A model generated the notes under the pieces. The model did not search any database. It had not been told where the DNA came from and was given only the letters and a program-made list of their open reading frames with translations. From Histomonas meleagridis 2922-C6/04-290x (lineage: Eukaryota; Protista; Parabasalia), in the NCBI GenBank assembly GCA_020184695.1, contig JAANOX010000258.1, positions 558,001 through 622,000 on the forward strand: a DNA stretch of 64,000 nucleotides, read 5' to 3'. Every line of letters begins with the position of its first letter. Position 1 is the first letter of the stretch. Below are positions 30,321 to 42,009 of this stretch, piece by piece. The position numbers and the translations under genes are program-made.

Positions 30321-33300
30321 TTACAGAACATATAAAAAATTATTTTTTTGTTTTAAATTCCTCGCCAAAGGTGCAGTCTTACCGAATTTGTCCTGCACAT
30401 TTACGTCTGCTCCTGCGTCTATTAATAACTTTGCAACTCTTGGGTTAGTGCAAGTGAAGAGCGCCGTCTTTCCGTCTTTATCCTTTGCGTTAATATCAAC
30501 ACCCGCATTAATTAGAGCTGTTACAATACGTGTATCATTACAATTGAACAAAGCTGTTTGATAATTATTATCTTTTAAATTCACGTCAATTCCATTATGT
30601 ATTAATAGTAATGCATTATTCGGATTCGTTTGTCCAAACAGTGCTGTTTTCCCATTTTTATTTCGTGAATTAATATCGATACCAGACTGAAGTAATAATT
30701 GCATTACATCATAGTCATTACAGAATAATGCTGTGCGACCATTTTTGTCTTTGGCATTAATGTTAATGCCAACTTCAATTAACAGTTGAGCAATCTCTTT
30801 GCTCTTACAATTAAATAATGCTGTGCGGCCTAAGTTATCAACAGAATTAACATTGACACCATTGTTTAAGAGTTGGATTAACTCATTAATGTTATTACAA
30901 TTAAATATCGTTTTTGGTTGTGGTGGTTGTTCAACTTGATATGGTTGGAACATTTTGTTCTGATTAATATAAGTTTGATAATTATGTACTGGAGGGACTA
31001 TGTACGATTGTTTTTGATAAATGTTTTGGAGTTGATTAAGTGAATATGTTTGTTGTTGTGGTGAATAAATTATTTGTTGTTGTTGTGGAATTTGGATAAT
31101 TTTTGGATACATTTGTTGTTGTGGATACATTTGTTGTTGTACATTAATATTTGGATAAATTTGTTGATTCATTACTTTAGGCGATTGTGGTTGCGTATTT
31201 ATGTTTATTGGAATTCGTTGTTGATAATATATATTCTGTGGTACTTCTTGATATATCTGTTGATTTGGCTGTGGCATTGTTTCAAACATTTGTTGTTGAT
31301 ATTTTATTTCTGTTTGTTTAAGGTCATTAATTTGTTGCGCTACATATAGATTGCGAGGATAAATTTGTTGCTGCTGCGGATTGTAATTCATCTCCGTTTG
31401 CTCAATATGATGTGTGCCTTGGTGCGGCATTGTTTTGAAGATTTGATTAACGTCGTTTTGATTTGTTTCTTGAAACATTTGTTGCTGTGGCTGATAATTC
31501 GTTTGTTCAATGTCACTTCGATTTATTTGTAGTTGTGGTATTTTTTGGAATATATGTTGTTCTGTGTCATTTTGTTCTATTTGTTGCTGTGTCATTGCTT
31601 TATATATCTGCGGCTGATAATTCGTTTGTTCGATGTCACTTCGATTTATTTGTAGTTGTGGTATTTTTTGGAATATATGTTGTTCTGTGTCATTTTGTTC
31701 TATTTGTTGCTGTGTCATTGCTTTATATATCTGCGGCTGATAATTCGTTTGTTCGATGTCACTTCGATTTATTTGTTGCTGCGGTATTTTTTGGAATATC
31801 TGTTGTTGATAATTCGTTCGTTCGAAGTCATTTCGATTTATTTGTTGTTGCGATAATCCTTCGAACATTTGCTGCTGTTGTTCATTTGGTACTGAATTAT
31901 ACATTTGTTGTTTCTGGTACACATTTTGCTGTGACATTTCTTGGCCATACATTTGATATGTACTGAAGCTCGTTTGACTTCGATCTTGTTGGCACAGCTC
32001 CTGTATCATTTGTTGACTGACTTCTTCCACTCCTCCATCTTTAAGTATTTTTGTTACTTCTGTTTTCGGTCTTAAATAGAATGCCGTTTTCCCTTCCCTA
32101 TCTCTAACTCTATAATTGATTCCTGCCTTAATTAGTTCGCTTGACGCTTTAGGCTTAGCGCCGAACAAAGCTGTCTTACCATACATATCGACAATATTAA
32201 CATTGATTCCAGCTTCAATTAATGCTCTAATGATTAATACATTATTACAACCAAACAATGCATTCCTTCCTTGATTATCAATAGCATTAAAGTCAATTCC
32301 ATTTTTGATTAATAACTTAACGATTTGTGACGAGTTATTACCAAATAATGGAGTCCGTCCATTATTATCTTTGATATTAATGTTAATCCCTGATTTAATT
32401 AATGCTAATGACGCTTGTGTCTTCGCCCCAAATAATGCCGTCTTTCCTTCTTTGTTTCGCGCATTAATATCAATACCAGCTTTAATAAGAAGTTTGATAA
32501 CAGCAAAGTTACTACAAAATAAAGCGTTCTCGTCATTGTTATCTTTGGCATTAACATCTGCCCCATTCTGAATAAGTAATTCTACAATATCTTCGTTGTT
32601 ACAAAATAAGGCTGTGCGCCCGCTCTTGTCTCGCGCATTGATATTAATGCCTGACTTAATTAAGATGTTAGCAACTTCAACGTTTTTGCATTTGAATAAT
32701 GCCGTGCGATTTTCTTCATCAACATAATTGACATCAGCACCATCAGCTATAAGTTGCGTGGCAACACATGGGTCATCGCAGTCAAAGAGAGCTTTGCTAA
32801 TGATGTTCGATGCGTTTTTGAGGGTTGATGTAGATTGAACTGGTCGCTTGATAATAATGACTTGTTTCGGTTGTAGTGATGGGCCAGTGTCACGGCAGTG
32901 CGTTTGTGTATGTTCAGATGTTTTCTTTATTTCTGTAGTAAAGATTTGATTATTAATGATGGTTTGCATAGGTGGAGATCGTTGAACTCGGATTGTTTCA
33001 CTAAAAGGTGGCTGTGTAACTGGACGTCGTGCATAAATGTTGGGTCGATGATCTGGATGAATATGTTTATCGAAAACATTAGGAGATTGTGACGAATTAA
33101 ATATTTGTTGAACTCCTGGTCGAGTTTGCACTTGCATTCCAGGAGGAATTTGAGAAAAGAATTGAGGTTCTGTATATGTTCTATCAGTTGATTGGGTATA
33201 AATTTGAAGCCCCTTTTGGTATGTTGCATGTTCTTGTATCTTCATTGGTTGATGTGGATCACTTTGAAAGAAATGTTGATTTGGGAAATTTGTCTGAAAA

Positions 33301-33410
33301 ACTTGTGGATTATAATTCATTGCATGTTTATTTGGGACCCCCTTTCCCACTTCTTGTTTCCCTTGTTGATCACAGTCCATTTTTGTTTGGACAGGGGGAT
33401 TTTGCTGCAT
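30321..33410 (-). CDS. Ankyrin-repeat protein with Gln-rich low-complexity regions
   Basis: Two blocks of uninterrupted (D/N)INAxDxxGxTALF repeats flanking a Q/P/Y-rich middle. Confidence 0.88.
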   Translation of the reverse strand: MQQNPPVQTKMDCDQQGKQEVGKGVPNKHAMNYNPQVFQTNFPNQHFFQSDPHQPMKIQEHATYQKGLQIYTQSTDRTYTEPQFFSQIPPGMQVQTRPGVQQIFNSSQSPNVFDKHIHPDHRPNIYARRPVTQPPFSETIRVQRSPPMQTIINNQIFTTEIKKTSEHTQTHCRDTGPSLQPKQVIIIKRPVQSTSTLKNASNIISKALFDCDDPCVATQLIADGADVNYVDEENRTALFKCKNVEVANILIKSGININARDKSGRTALFCNNEDIVELLIQNGADVNAKDNNDENALFCSNFAVIKLLIKAGIDINARNKEGKTALFGAKTQASLALIKSGININIKDNNGRTPLFGNNSSQIVKLLIKNGIDFNAIDNQGRNALFGCNNVLIIRALIEAGINVNIVDMYGKTALFGAKPKASSELIKAGINYRVRDREGKTAFYLRPKTEVTKILKDGGVEEVSQQMIQELCQQDRSQTSFSTYQMYGQEMSQQNVYQKQQMYNSVPNEQQQQMFEGLSQQQINRNDFERTNYQQQIFQKIPQQQINRSDIEQTNYQPQIYKAMTQQQIEQNDTEQHIFQKIPQLQINRSDIEQTNYQPQIYKAMTQQQIEQNDTEQHIFQKIPQLQINRSDIEQTNYQPQQQMFQETNQNDVNQIFKTMPHQGTHHIEQTEMNYNPQQQQIYPRNLYVAQQINDLKQTEIKYQQQMFETMPQPNQQIYQEVPQNIYYQQRIPININTQPQSPKVMNQQIYPNINVQQQMYPQQQMYPKIIQIPQQQQIIYSPQQQTYSLNQLQNIYQKQSYIVPPVHNYQTYINQNKMFQPYQVEQPPQPKTIFNCNNINELIQLLNNGVNVNSVDNLGRTALFNCKSKEIAQLLIEVGININAKDKNGRTALFCNDYDVMQLLLQSGIDINSRNKNGKTALFGQTNPNNALLLIHNGIDVNLKDNNYQTALFNCNDTRIVTALINAGVDINAKDKDGKTALFTCTNPRVAKLLIDAGADVNVQDKFGKTAPLARNLKQKNNFLYVL
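31491..31800 (-). repeat. 123-bp (41-aa) coding tandem repeat, about 2.5 copies
   Basis: ctgataattcgtttgttc recurs at 31491, 31614 and 31737; encodes IFQKIPQLQINRSDIEQTNYQPQIYKAMTQQQIEQNDTEQH. Confidence 0.9.
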
Positions 33411-34859
33411 TTCGCCTAATTGACAATGAAAAAAAAATTACGATAAGCTATAAAGCACACAAAACCAGAATTTGTTAAAGCTTTAACGTTTTTTGAGCCC
33501 GTTTTTGGAATTTTTCTATTGCTTCCTGGCCAACTTTTGGCATCATTACGTATGCCAAAATTTTGCGATAATTACTTTTTGAATGTGTTGATTGATAGGA
33601 TAATCATCGGTGAATTCAAAAATTCAAAGGGGCATGATTTTTCATCTGATTTTAGAGCTCAAAAAAATAAATTGTCATCAAAAAAATAGAAAATCCGCAT
33701 TTCCCTCCTGGAAAGAATATCCATAAGTTTGTAAGATGTTCCAGTACAATCAATTCTTTATCAGAATTTTTATGATCCGCAATCAAAAGCCACTGATCTA
33801 ATTATTACAACTAATCTGAAATTGCGTCATAATTATCTGAATTCATATTATTATCAATTATTGACAAATTTTCTCTTAAAAGGAAAAAGTACTCATGGAA
33901 GAGATAAGTTTGCGTTGAAAGAAATATAACTAAAATCATAAAAATACAATATATATTATTATCATCTTCGTTAACAACTGTATGCGAGGAACTGTATCAA
34001 ACTTATAGAAAAATAAGTAAACTCAATTGGTTTTATAATGTTTTATGAAATATTATTAAAAATTTTAATAAAAATAATAAATAAAACATATAACGCTGCA
34101 TTACAAAGGTAAATATTTGGAAATATTTCAGAGATATCGAAAGATACATTTACAAGGAAAAAATTTGTATAAGAAAAATTAAAAAAAAAAAAAAAATCAT
34201 TATATCATAACTTGCCGAATAAGTGTCTATTTTCCTTATTAATAAAGACTTCAATACAATTTTTATATTTTCAAGATAGAAAAATGTTTTCCTTCTGTTT
34301 CGGGTTTTGAGTTGGAATACGATGGTTTTTTATTCATTTTAGTCTATCGTTGAAGTTGATCAGTCATTAAGCTATATTTTTTATACTTTTTTAATTAAAA
34401 ATGCATTTTGTTATCTAGAATGTATCAACTGAGTTGTCATAATAAATATGTACTCACTAACAAATTACATTAAGAAATCAAAAAATATCTTTTGAAAAAT
34501 GATATATTTATTAAAAACCAAAATTACAAAATATCTTTTTATCAGTGATTATAAAAATTAAACAAAATTATCTTCTAAGTATATATAATAAAAATAAATT
34601 TAGAAAAAATATTTGTAGATGTTTTCGTTTATTAAAAAAAAATTTCTTCAATTAATAACGTATTGTTTTTTTAGAAAATAATATTTTAAAGCATTATGAT
34701 CAGTATTTAAACACATTACATGTTTCAAAAATTTAAACCCGAAACAGTAATCTAAACCATTCATCAGGCATAAATTTCTCAAAATAACAATTATTACCAA
34801 AAACATCATTACATAATTTACTGTATTAAGCCTATTTAACAAAAAATCAAAAAATTGGT

Positions 34860-35876
34860 TTATTCGACGGGATTTTCTGCAACAGGCTCAACAGATACAT
34901 CAGGTTCAATATCATCAACATGCTCAACATGTTCCTCAGGTTCCACAGGTTCCGCAGGCGCATCATCCTCCGCTTGCTCTACAGCATCGACATGTTCATC
35001 TTGTTCGACTGGCTCAACAGGCGGAGCTGGCGCCTCAGGTACAACAGGTGCCACAGGCTCAGCGGGTTTGACGTCGTCGAAGTGCGGAGGCTCCTTCGTG
35101 GGCCGCGCGTAGCATGGGCTCTTGAGGAGTCTGCAGATCGGGATGTAGGGAATGAGCGAGCCTTCCCTTAGCTTGCATCTTGCAATGAGATGCTTAAGTT
35201 TTTCAATGTTTACTTTAGGCGCATTGAGCGATGCAATGTCTTCGTCATTGCAAAAGTCATCTTCTGTGATCACAACATCATCAAATATTTGATCATAACA
35301 CCTGATCATTAAATCAAGCGCTGAGTTGGAAAGACCACTTTCTGTCATTAATGATTCGGTCGGTGATTGTGGAACTAAAATATTAGGAGCAATACAGATG
35401 GCTAAATTACTAGATGTCATGTTGTTGACTGCTTGATTTTCTGTGATATCTTTTAGAAACTTACAGAGATATGCAAGAGTCTTTAAACTACAGGGTGTCA
35501 TGTTTTTAACAAGAGATTTGGAAACTTCGATTTCACGTTCTTCAACACCACATCCCATAAGACCTATGAAGCAGTCATATAATTCGTATGGAATTAAAGG
35601 ACGATGTTGTTCAGCCATGTAGCGAAAATAACGTTTGAGTGTAGTGGAAAGATTATTGATATCGGTATATGAAGAAAGATCATTGATAGGACCATGATTA
35701 TATCTTTCGATAATTTCTTTAACACGACTATCAGAACCATTAAGACGAAATATACCGACAAAATTTTCAACATGACGACGTCGCATCTCTTCAATCAAAT
35801 CAACAACAATAAATGGAATCTTGCCGTTGTAAGATTCTAGTGGTAGCTCGAAATATCTGGGTTCTTCGGATGCCAT
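34860..35876 (-). CDS. RhoGAP-domain protein
   Basis: GIFRLNGS (Arg finger), LKRYFR, PLIPYELY, NNMTSSNLAICIAPNIL; P/E/V-rich tail. Confidence 0.9.
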   Translation of the reverse strand: MASEEPRYFELPLESYNGKIPFIVVDLIEEMRRRHVENFVGIFRLNGSDSRVKEIIERYNHGPINDLSSYTDINNLSTTLKRYFRYMAEQHRPLIPYELYDCFIGLMGCGVEEREIEVSKSLVKNMTPCSLKTLAYLCKFLKDITENQAVNNMTSSNLAICIAPNILVPQSPTESLMTESGLSNSALDLMIRCYDQIFDDVVITEDDFCNDEDIASLNAPKVNIEKLKHLIARCKLREGSLIPYIPICRLLKSPCYARPTKEPPHFDDVKPAEPVAPVVPEAPAPPVEPVEQDEHVDAVEQAEDDAPAEPVEPEEHVEHVDDIEPDVSVEPVAENPVE

Positions 35877-37771
35877 TTTATCAATTTTCTCAAATAACTG
35901 CTAAAAACGGCTGTCGCCCGTTAAAGTTTTTGAATGTTTTCAAACGGTTCCAATGTAAAATAACCCTATCGTTAAAGTACTTCCCTCTTATGATTTGTTT
36001 TTAATTATAAAATTATGTTTCAAATAAATCCTTAATGTTAGGACCAAACATTCAACTGTAACAAAACATACAGTTTTTCCTTCTAAAAAAATAAATACTA
36101 TCATTCATTTGTATATATATATACAATATCAAAAATAAACTTATCATAAATTTTATTTGGAACATGAAGATTTTTAAAAAATAATTTTTCAAACATTTTA
36201 TTTTAACATGATATTGAAATACGCATTTGGAAATATTCTAAACATGATAGAACTGGGATAGCCACATCAATGTATTAACTATTTAAATGTGTTATATATG
36301 AATATTTAAATATTTAAGTCTCTGTCTGGAATTTCAGTGATTCCATTTGAAATAATAATATATCCAGCCGAAGTTTGAGTTGAATTATAAAAATCATTTT
36401 CTTCAGTTATTATGAATGGCTCTGAATTAGAAATTTGTTTTGAATATTCAAATTGATTCAAATAAATTAGAAAACCATATTAGCCAATATCTTTTTTGTG
36501 CTTGATATTATTATTATAATGATTAACCTTAAGTAATTCAATTGATCGCTTCACATTTTAATTTCAATCTGAAATGATATAAAAGACACAATATTATAAA
36601 TAATAATGAATAAGGACTCAAAAAATTAATAATTTGATTTATCAAATGATATATAAAATCTATGAAACAATCATTGTAACAAATGGATACATGTGTCATC
36701 AAATTAATTATCATATTTTCTTGATGATTCTTCATATATTTGTGAATCCCAGAATTTTCATTAAGTGTTAATATATTTCTTATATTGGTTGTAAAAAGTT
36801 GGTTGATCATTGCTAATCGTACGTAATGATCTTGGATCATCGTTGTTGTGAAAGAAGAAATTTGGAAAAAAAAATTGTCCTGCACTAAGAGTTCAAAAAG
36901 TGGGGTCCCATGGAACGTACGTTCTTTCAATAGTTACGGTTGATGTTATTCCAATTCCCAATGAATTTGTTCTGTTTACAGTTTTATGACTGACTTTTTC
37001 AACAAATTTGTTGTGGGGGGTGGTTTTGCCACATAGTCACTTTTGAGTCACAAATTTTTAACTTTTGTTGAGCGAAATCAAACCAAATGTTCAACGAATA
37101 AAATTACATCAAACCTTTATCAAATATGGATTGATTAGCACAATTACTGTACTGAAATCATAATGACCTATATAATAAAGCTGATTGCAGAAAGGCTTTT
37201 AACCTCTTTCAGTTTTTGAATATAATTACGATGACTTATCATTCATTCGACCCTATTGTTGGTAATTACCAACAAGAAAAAATTTTCTTCAACAACATTT
37301 AAAACCAAAGTAACTTATCAGTATTATAAAAACAACAAATCTAAATGTATAACACAAATTAAATAAATGAAAAAATAAAAATTACACAAAATTGTTTTAA
37401 TGCGTAATGAAAAGAATAAAAGTTAATACTATTTCTTAACTTTATAAAAACTTTTTAAATGTGTAATTAGTCAGAACAAAAAAGATAGAAAAGTCAAAAA
37501 GATGATAAAGAGCTTAGGTTACATTTCATCATGAAACAAAATGAAAACAAAGTGTATCCATTAAATGGCGATCACTGTTTTGGAAAAAAGCTCCTAAAAT
37601 TTCAGCATAAAGTTGAAAAATGGTGACTTCTTTATGTTATCTTATGTTGTGCAATTCATTTGCAAAAAGTGCCAAGACAAACAAAAAAAGCTTTTTCTAT
37701 ACTTTTAACGCCACAGAAAAAATTTTTGCAAACAGACCATTGAAAATAGCTCGAACAATAAATTTCCAAAA

Positions 37772-39994
37772 ATGGAAACTGAAACCAAATCGAGTCGTAA
37801 GGAACTTAAAACGCTCAAATACAATTACTCATTCGATGCAGCAAAGCTAAAAGATCAATTCATCGAAACTAACAGCCAAGCTTTTGTAAATTATATTTCT
37901 TTTTCCAAATTTCTTTCTTTGATTCGATTTCGAAACATCAGCTTTAAAGACATAAATTTGCCGGATGTTTTTATTACTTATGATGATGCCAAACCCACGT
38001 CGATGGAAAAAAATATAATAAATGTTTTACAAAATATCAAGCCTTATGTAACCGATCAAAGGCTTTCAGATGTTCTACAAGCAGCATATCCCAACACCTC
38101 ATTAGCCACTACATATTTTGTCTATTCAACATTTCCATCAATCTATGGGCATTTTTGTTGTGCTGAGTATTCTGAGCAAGCATTAAATTTTCTTCTTCGG
38201 CATATCAATGATCCATTAGCCCCCAAACTTATTGGTACATTTTTAATGCATTCATATGTTTTTCAAGATCGATTTATTCATTTATTTTTCCATAGCATTG
38301 ATCCACAGCAATTTAGCACGAACATATCAGACATCAAATATACATTTTTAGACACGTTACGGAAATGTGTTTCATGTTTAACTCAGCAACAAATCACAAT
38401 TGCTAATGAAATCATTCATTCCGATCGAATCCGAGCTAAAGAAGCCATTTTTGATGAATTTTTATATCCTTTTGTTAAGTTATGGAATAATCATCCACTT
38501 TATTCCACCACTAATACCATTATCCAACTTTCGTCACCTGAAAATCCGAATGATTTCAAGTCCATTAAAATCACCAACTTAATCATCAACATGTTAAATG
38601 ACATTGTTTCCAATGATTTATGTCATGAAGTTTTCAACATATTTAACACACGAATATATTCAGTATTACCCGAAATCCAACAAATTATATTCTATGGCGG
38701 ACTTGATTTCCAATTCTCAGTTGCAGATATAACAATCGCGACAAAGTTATATCAATCGGTACGTAAGAAAATGGATAATCCGAATGCAACGAACACAACG
38801 TTCATTGAAGATGCATTCCATTTAAAGTCATTTAATATAGCTATTATACCTAAGTCAAGACCACCAGAGCCCACAGAAACTTCGAAAGAATTCACGTTAA
38901 AGAAGTTCCAAGACAACAAAAGAGCGCATGAATTTTTAATTGAACATTCACATGGCTTAAAAGAGATCGAAATAATGCTTACATCGTTACAACATATATT
39001 ACAATTAGTATGTGATAATTATTCGATAAGTCAAATGTTATCATTTGAAGATACATATCCAATTAAATTCCTTAAGACACAAGTCGAATATTTATCATTA
39101 AATTTATTGGATATCTTTGTGAAGCCATCGAAATTATTGTTCGATTATGTCGAAAGACAAACAAGTGTTGGATTTCCGAATAATCAATTAACAGCAATAT
39201 CATCGAATATTGAAGAGCTTTTAGAAAGCGGTAAACAATTACATGAAACAATTGTTTATGCTGCGATTAATATTCAAAACAAATGGGCGAACATGTTTAA
39301 TAATGATAAGACGAACAAAGTTAAAGTTATGTTATCTGTTGCAAAAAACAATTCGTTTATGCCGAAGATGGAATTTTATACGAACATCTTTAAAGATATT
39401 ACATTTTCGTTATTACTTGCAGATATATCTAAGATCGCAATACCATTCCAAGGTATTACATCTAAGAATCGAGTTGATTTCTTATTAAGTTTAGTTGACG
39501 CTTGTTCAACTGTTACACCTTATGTATTATCTGCGAATAACATCGATATAAATGACCCAATAATATCAATAAGAATCCCAATGCTAAAAGATATCGGAAA
39601 CATTTTGATATTGGCCGAAAATGGATTTAAGGCATTGTTCGAAAAGAACTTGGAAATGTTCTTCATCGGAGAAAAGATTCGTCTCTTCTTGGAAATAGAA
39701 CGAAGAATTGGACCCGAGTTTAAGAACGTGAAGGATAACAGTAACAACAATTTGGCATATTACCAAAAAATTATTTCGCCGTTGTTGCAGTATAATGAGC
39801 CTTTGTACTTTAGAGCTACTTTGATACAAACGTTGTGCGTGATTAAGGAGTTGTACACCGATAAGTTCCAAAGAATTCCAAACTTGAATACAATTAAAAA
39901 CCCAATTTCCGAAGAAATATTCGAAAAATTCGAAAACTTAAGAAAATGGTTCGGAATATCCGATCGGTTTTATAGGGAATTCACAAACAATTGA
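37772..39994 (+). CDS. Hypothetical protein (740 aa)
   Basis: Long ATG-initiated ORF; no family recognised. Confidence 0.8.
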   Translation: METETKSSRKELKTLKYNYSFDAAKLKDQFIETNSQAFVNYISFSKFLSLIRFRNISFKDINLPDVFITYDDAKPTSMEKNIINVLQNIKPYVTDQRLSDVLQAAYPNTSLATTYFVYSTFPSIYGHFCCAEYSEQALNFLLRHINDPLAPKLIGTFLMHSYVFQDRFIHLFFHSIDPQQFSTNISDIKYTFLDTLRKCVSCLTQQQITIANEIIHSDRIRAKEAIFDEFLYPFVKLWNNHPLYSTTNTIIQLSSPENPNDFKSIKITNLIINMLNDIVSNDLCHEVFNIFNTRIYSVLPEIQQIIFYGGLDFQFSVADITIATKLYQSVRKKMDNPNATNTTFIEDAFHLKSFNIAIIPKSRPPEPTETSKEFTLKKFQDNKRAHEFLIEHSHGLKEIEIMLTSLQHILQLVCDNYSISQMLSFEDTYPIKFLKTQVEYLSLNLLDIFVKPSKLLFDYVERQTSVGFPNNQLTAISSNIEELLESGKQLHETIVYAAINIQNKWANMFNNDKTNKVKVMLSVAKNNSFMPKMEFYTNIFKDITFSLLLADISKIAIPFQGITSKNRVDFLLSLVDACSTVTPYVLSANNIDINDPIISIRIPMLKDIGNILILAENGFKALFEKNLEMFFIGEKIRLFLEIERRIGPEFKNVKDNSNNNLAYYQKIISPLLQYNEPLYFRATLIQTLCVIKELYTDKFQRIPNLNTIKNPISEEIFEKFENLRKWFGISDRFYREFTNN

Positions 39995-40210
39995 GGAAAA
40001 TATTATTTTTTTGAATAAAACGAAATTTTTTATTTTTGCGTAAGAAGTCGCTGTCGACAAAATATTTGCAATTCGTTTAAATGATAATATTTATTTCCTT
40101 CAGCCATAAATGAATTTATCATTAAATGGTAGATGTGTAGCTATAAATTTTTTCATCCTTACTTACATAATAAAATCAATTGAAACATTGATTTCTGTGT
40201 AAAAATGTTA

Positions 40211-40485
40211 AATTATCAATTACTTAGTTGAAATTGTTATTTTATGAAAACAATAAAATCACTCACGTTTAATAATTTTTAAAAATTATGAATTATCAAT
40301 TACTCAGTTGGAATTGCTATCATTGAACTTATTTTATGAAAACAATTAAATCACTTATGTTTAACAATTGCCAAAAATTATAAATTCTAAAACGAAAAGA
40401 ACATTATAAAATAGATTAAATCATTATTTTATGTGTAACACTATATAAAAATTACGAAATATCAATTACTCAGTTGAAATTATTT
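40211..40485. repeat. Degenerate intergenic repeat of 80-95 bp (2 copies plus a partial) with core ATCAATTACTCAGTTG
   Basis: Core starts near 40211, 40291 and 40457. Confidence 0.7.
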
Positions 40486-40579
40486 TCGTTAATACTTACA
40501 TTATAAAATTGATTAAAATAAGTACAAAATAAAAATGTTTACTAATAAAAAGACGCACAAACAAATAAAATCGCACAAA

Positions 40580-41500
40580 TCACGCACTTGGCTCAAGTAA
40601 TTTCTCGTGCAAGAAACTCATTGATGTGTGTCCGGAGTAAGCGTCTGTGTTTTCGTCCAAAGGATCCTGATTAGTCGGCTTCATGAAGAGCATCGCCACC
40701 ACAGTTATGAGCACAGGCAAATTTCCGGTGACGAAAGTTTTCAAGAAGACGAGAAACAGACTTATGCTGCGACGCTTCTCAGTGCCAAAATGATAAACGA
40801 CATAATAGACGTAAAATATAGTCGTAGAGTCACCAAAATCATCAGTTACATTCAAGATGATGTAAAAAAAATGTAAAAATGAATTAATGAAAATTACATA
40901 TTTCATGGCTTTGCAGTATGAGGGTGAAAGTACCCACTCTGTTTGATCTGAAATCACAAAACCAACAGTACATGTGAAGGTATAAAGACTAATTGTATAG
41001 GTTTCAATTACTATTGAACAAAATTGTAAAAAATGATCATCAAATTGCTTTATGGGTGTCATGGATCGAATTAATACAATGCATAGTTCTATGATAATAA
41101 AAGCCATCGTGAAAAACATAACAAAGCGTAATAGACTTGCATACTTGGTCGATATTAAACGAATAAGAAAAATAGCTTGATCAATTGCGACAACATAAGT
41201 AAAACATTTGAGGTTAGAACTTACTGAATAAAGATATTGAACTGAATCTTCATAATATGGGAAAAAACAGAGAAGAGCATTGGAAACAGAGTAAAAAAGG
41301 CCAGGAAGTACCAAAAATATCATATTTTTATTGGCTTTAGTTGGACTTAAATAGTATTTGCGTGCATAAGTCGCTAAAAAATAAAATAATACCAATGAAG
41401 ATATTGATTGTGCAATCATCAAAAGAACTATGAATACATGAGCACCACATGAACCAATTGTACTTCCTGAAAGGCATTCATAATCGTCAATAAATCCCAT
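40580..41500 (-). CDS. Seven-TM membrane protein of unknown family
   Basis: About 7 hydrophobic helices; first ATG (MGFIDD) at 41500. Confidence 0.75.
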   Translation of the reverse strand: MGFIDDYECLSGSTIGSCGAHVFIVLLMIAQSISSLVLFYFLATYARKYYLSPTKANKNMIFLVLPGLFYSVSNALLCFFPYYEDSVQYLYSVSSNLKCFTYVVAIDQAIFLIRLISTKYASLLRFVMFFTMAFIIIELCIVLIRSMTPIKQFDDHFLQFCSIVIETYTISLYTFTCTVGFVISDQTEWVLSPSYCKAMKYVIFINSFLHFFYIILNVTDDFGDSTTIFYVYYVVYHFGTEKRRSISLFLVFLKTFVTGNLPVLITVVAMLFMKPTNQDPLDENTDAYSGHTSMSFLHEKLLEPSA

Positions 41501-42009
41501 CGTAATGGGTTTGGGATGGTGTAAAATATTCAAAATTTGTTTACACAAAAAAAAGAAATTAACGGTCGTCGTGTAAGAATATTTTTGATTTTTTCGGATA
41601 TGCTTCTTATATTTACTAAAAATTTTGTATGTTAATAACATTGATGATAATCTTGATGATATTCTATACTTTCATATATCGAATATGATGATATTGATTA
41701 TTTGAATTGTTTTTATGCTCACAATGAGGTGATATTTATCGTTGTTGACATTGATTTTTTGTTGTATTTAATGTTACTGACGTGCCTGAGGTTCAGATAA
41801 GAAATTGATCATGCTGTACCGGTGTTTTTCAATTTTTTGGGATCATATTTCTCAAAAATGAGAAATTAACTGAAAAAGTTATCAACGGTTTTACACCGGT
41901 CATTATCTTATTGAATTTTGAACATAACGGTGTTAAACGATAACCATAACCATTCAATTCTCGAGTTTTGAATATCCTTAGAATTTTTCTTCCATAATTT
42001 TTCATTGCA

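Noticed and set aside
36538-36930. 130-aa minus-strand ORF
   Set aside because: TTG start, no recognisable motif, AT-rich surroundings with broken frames; at most a decayed relic
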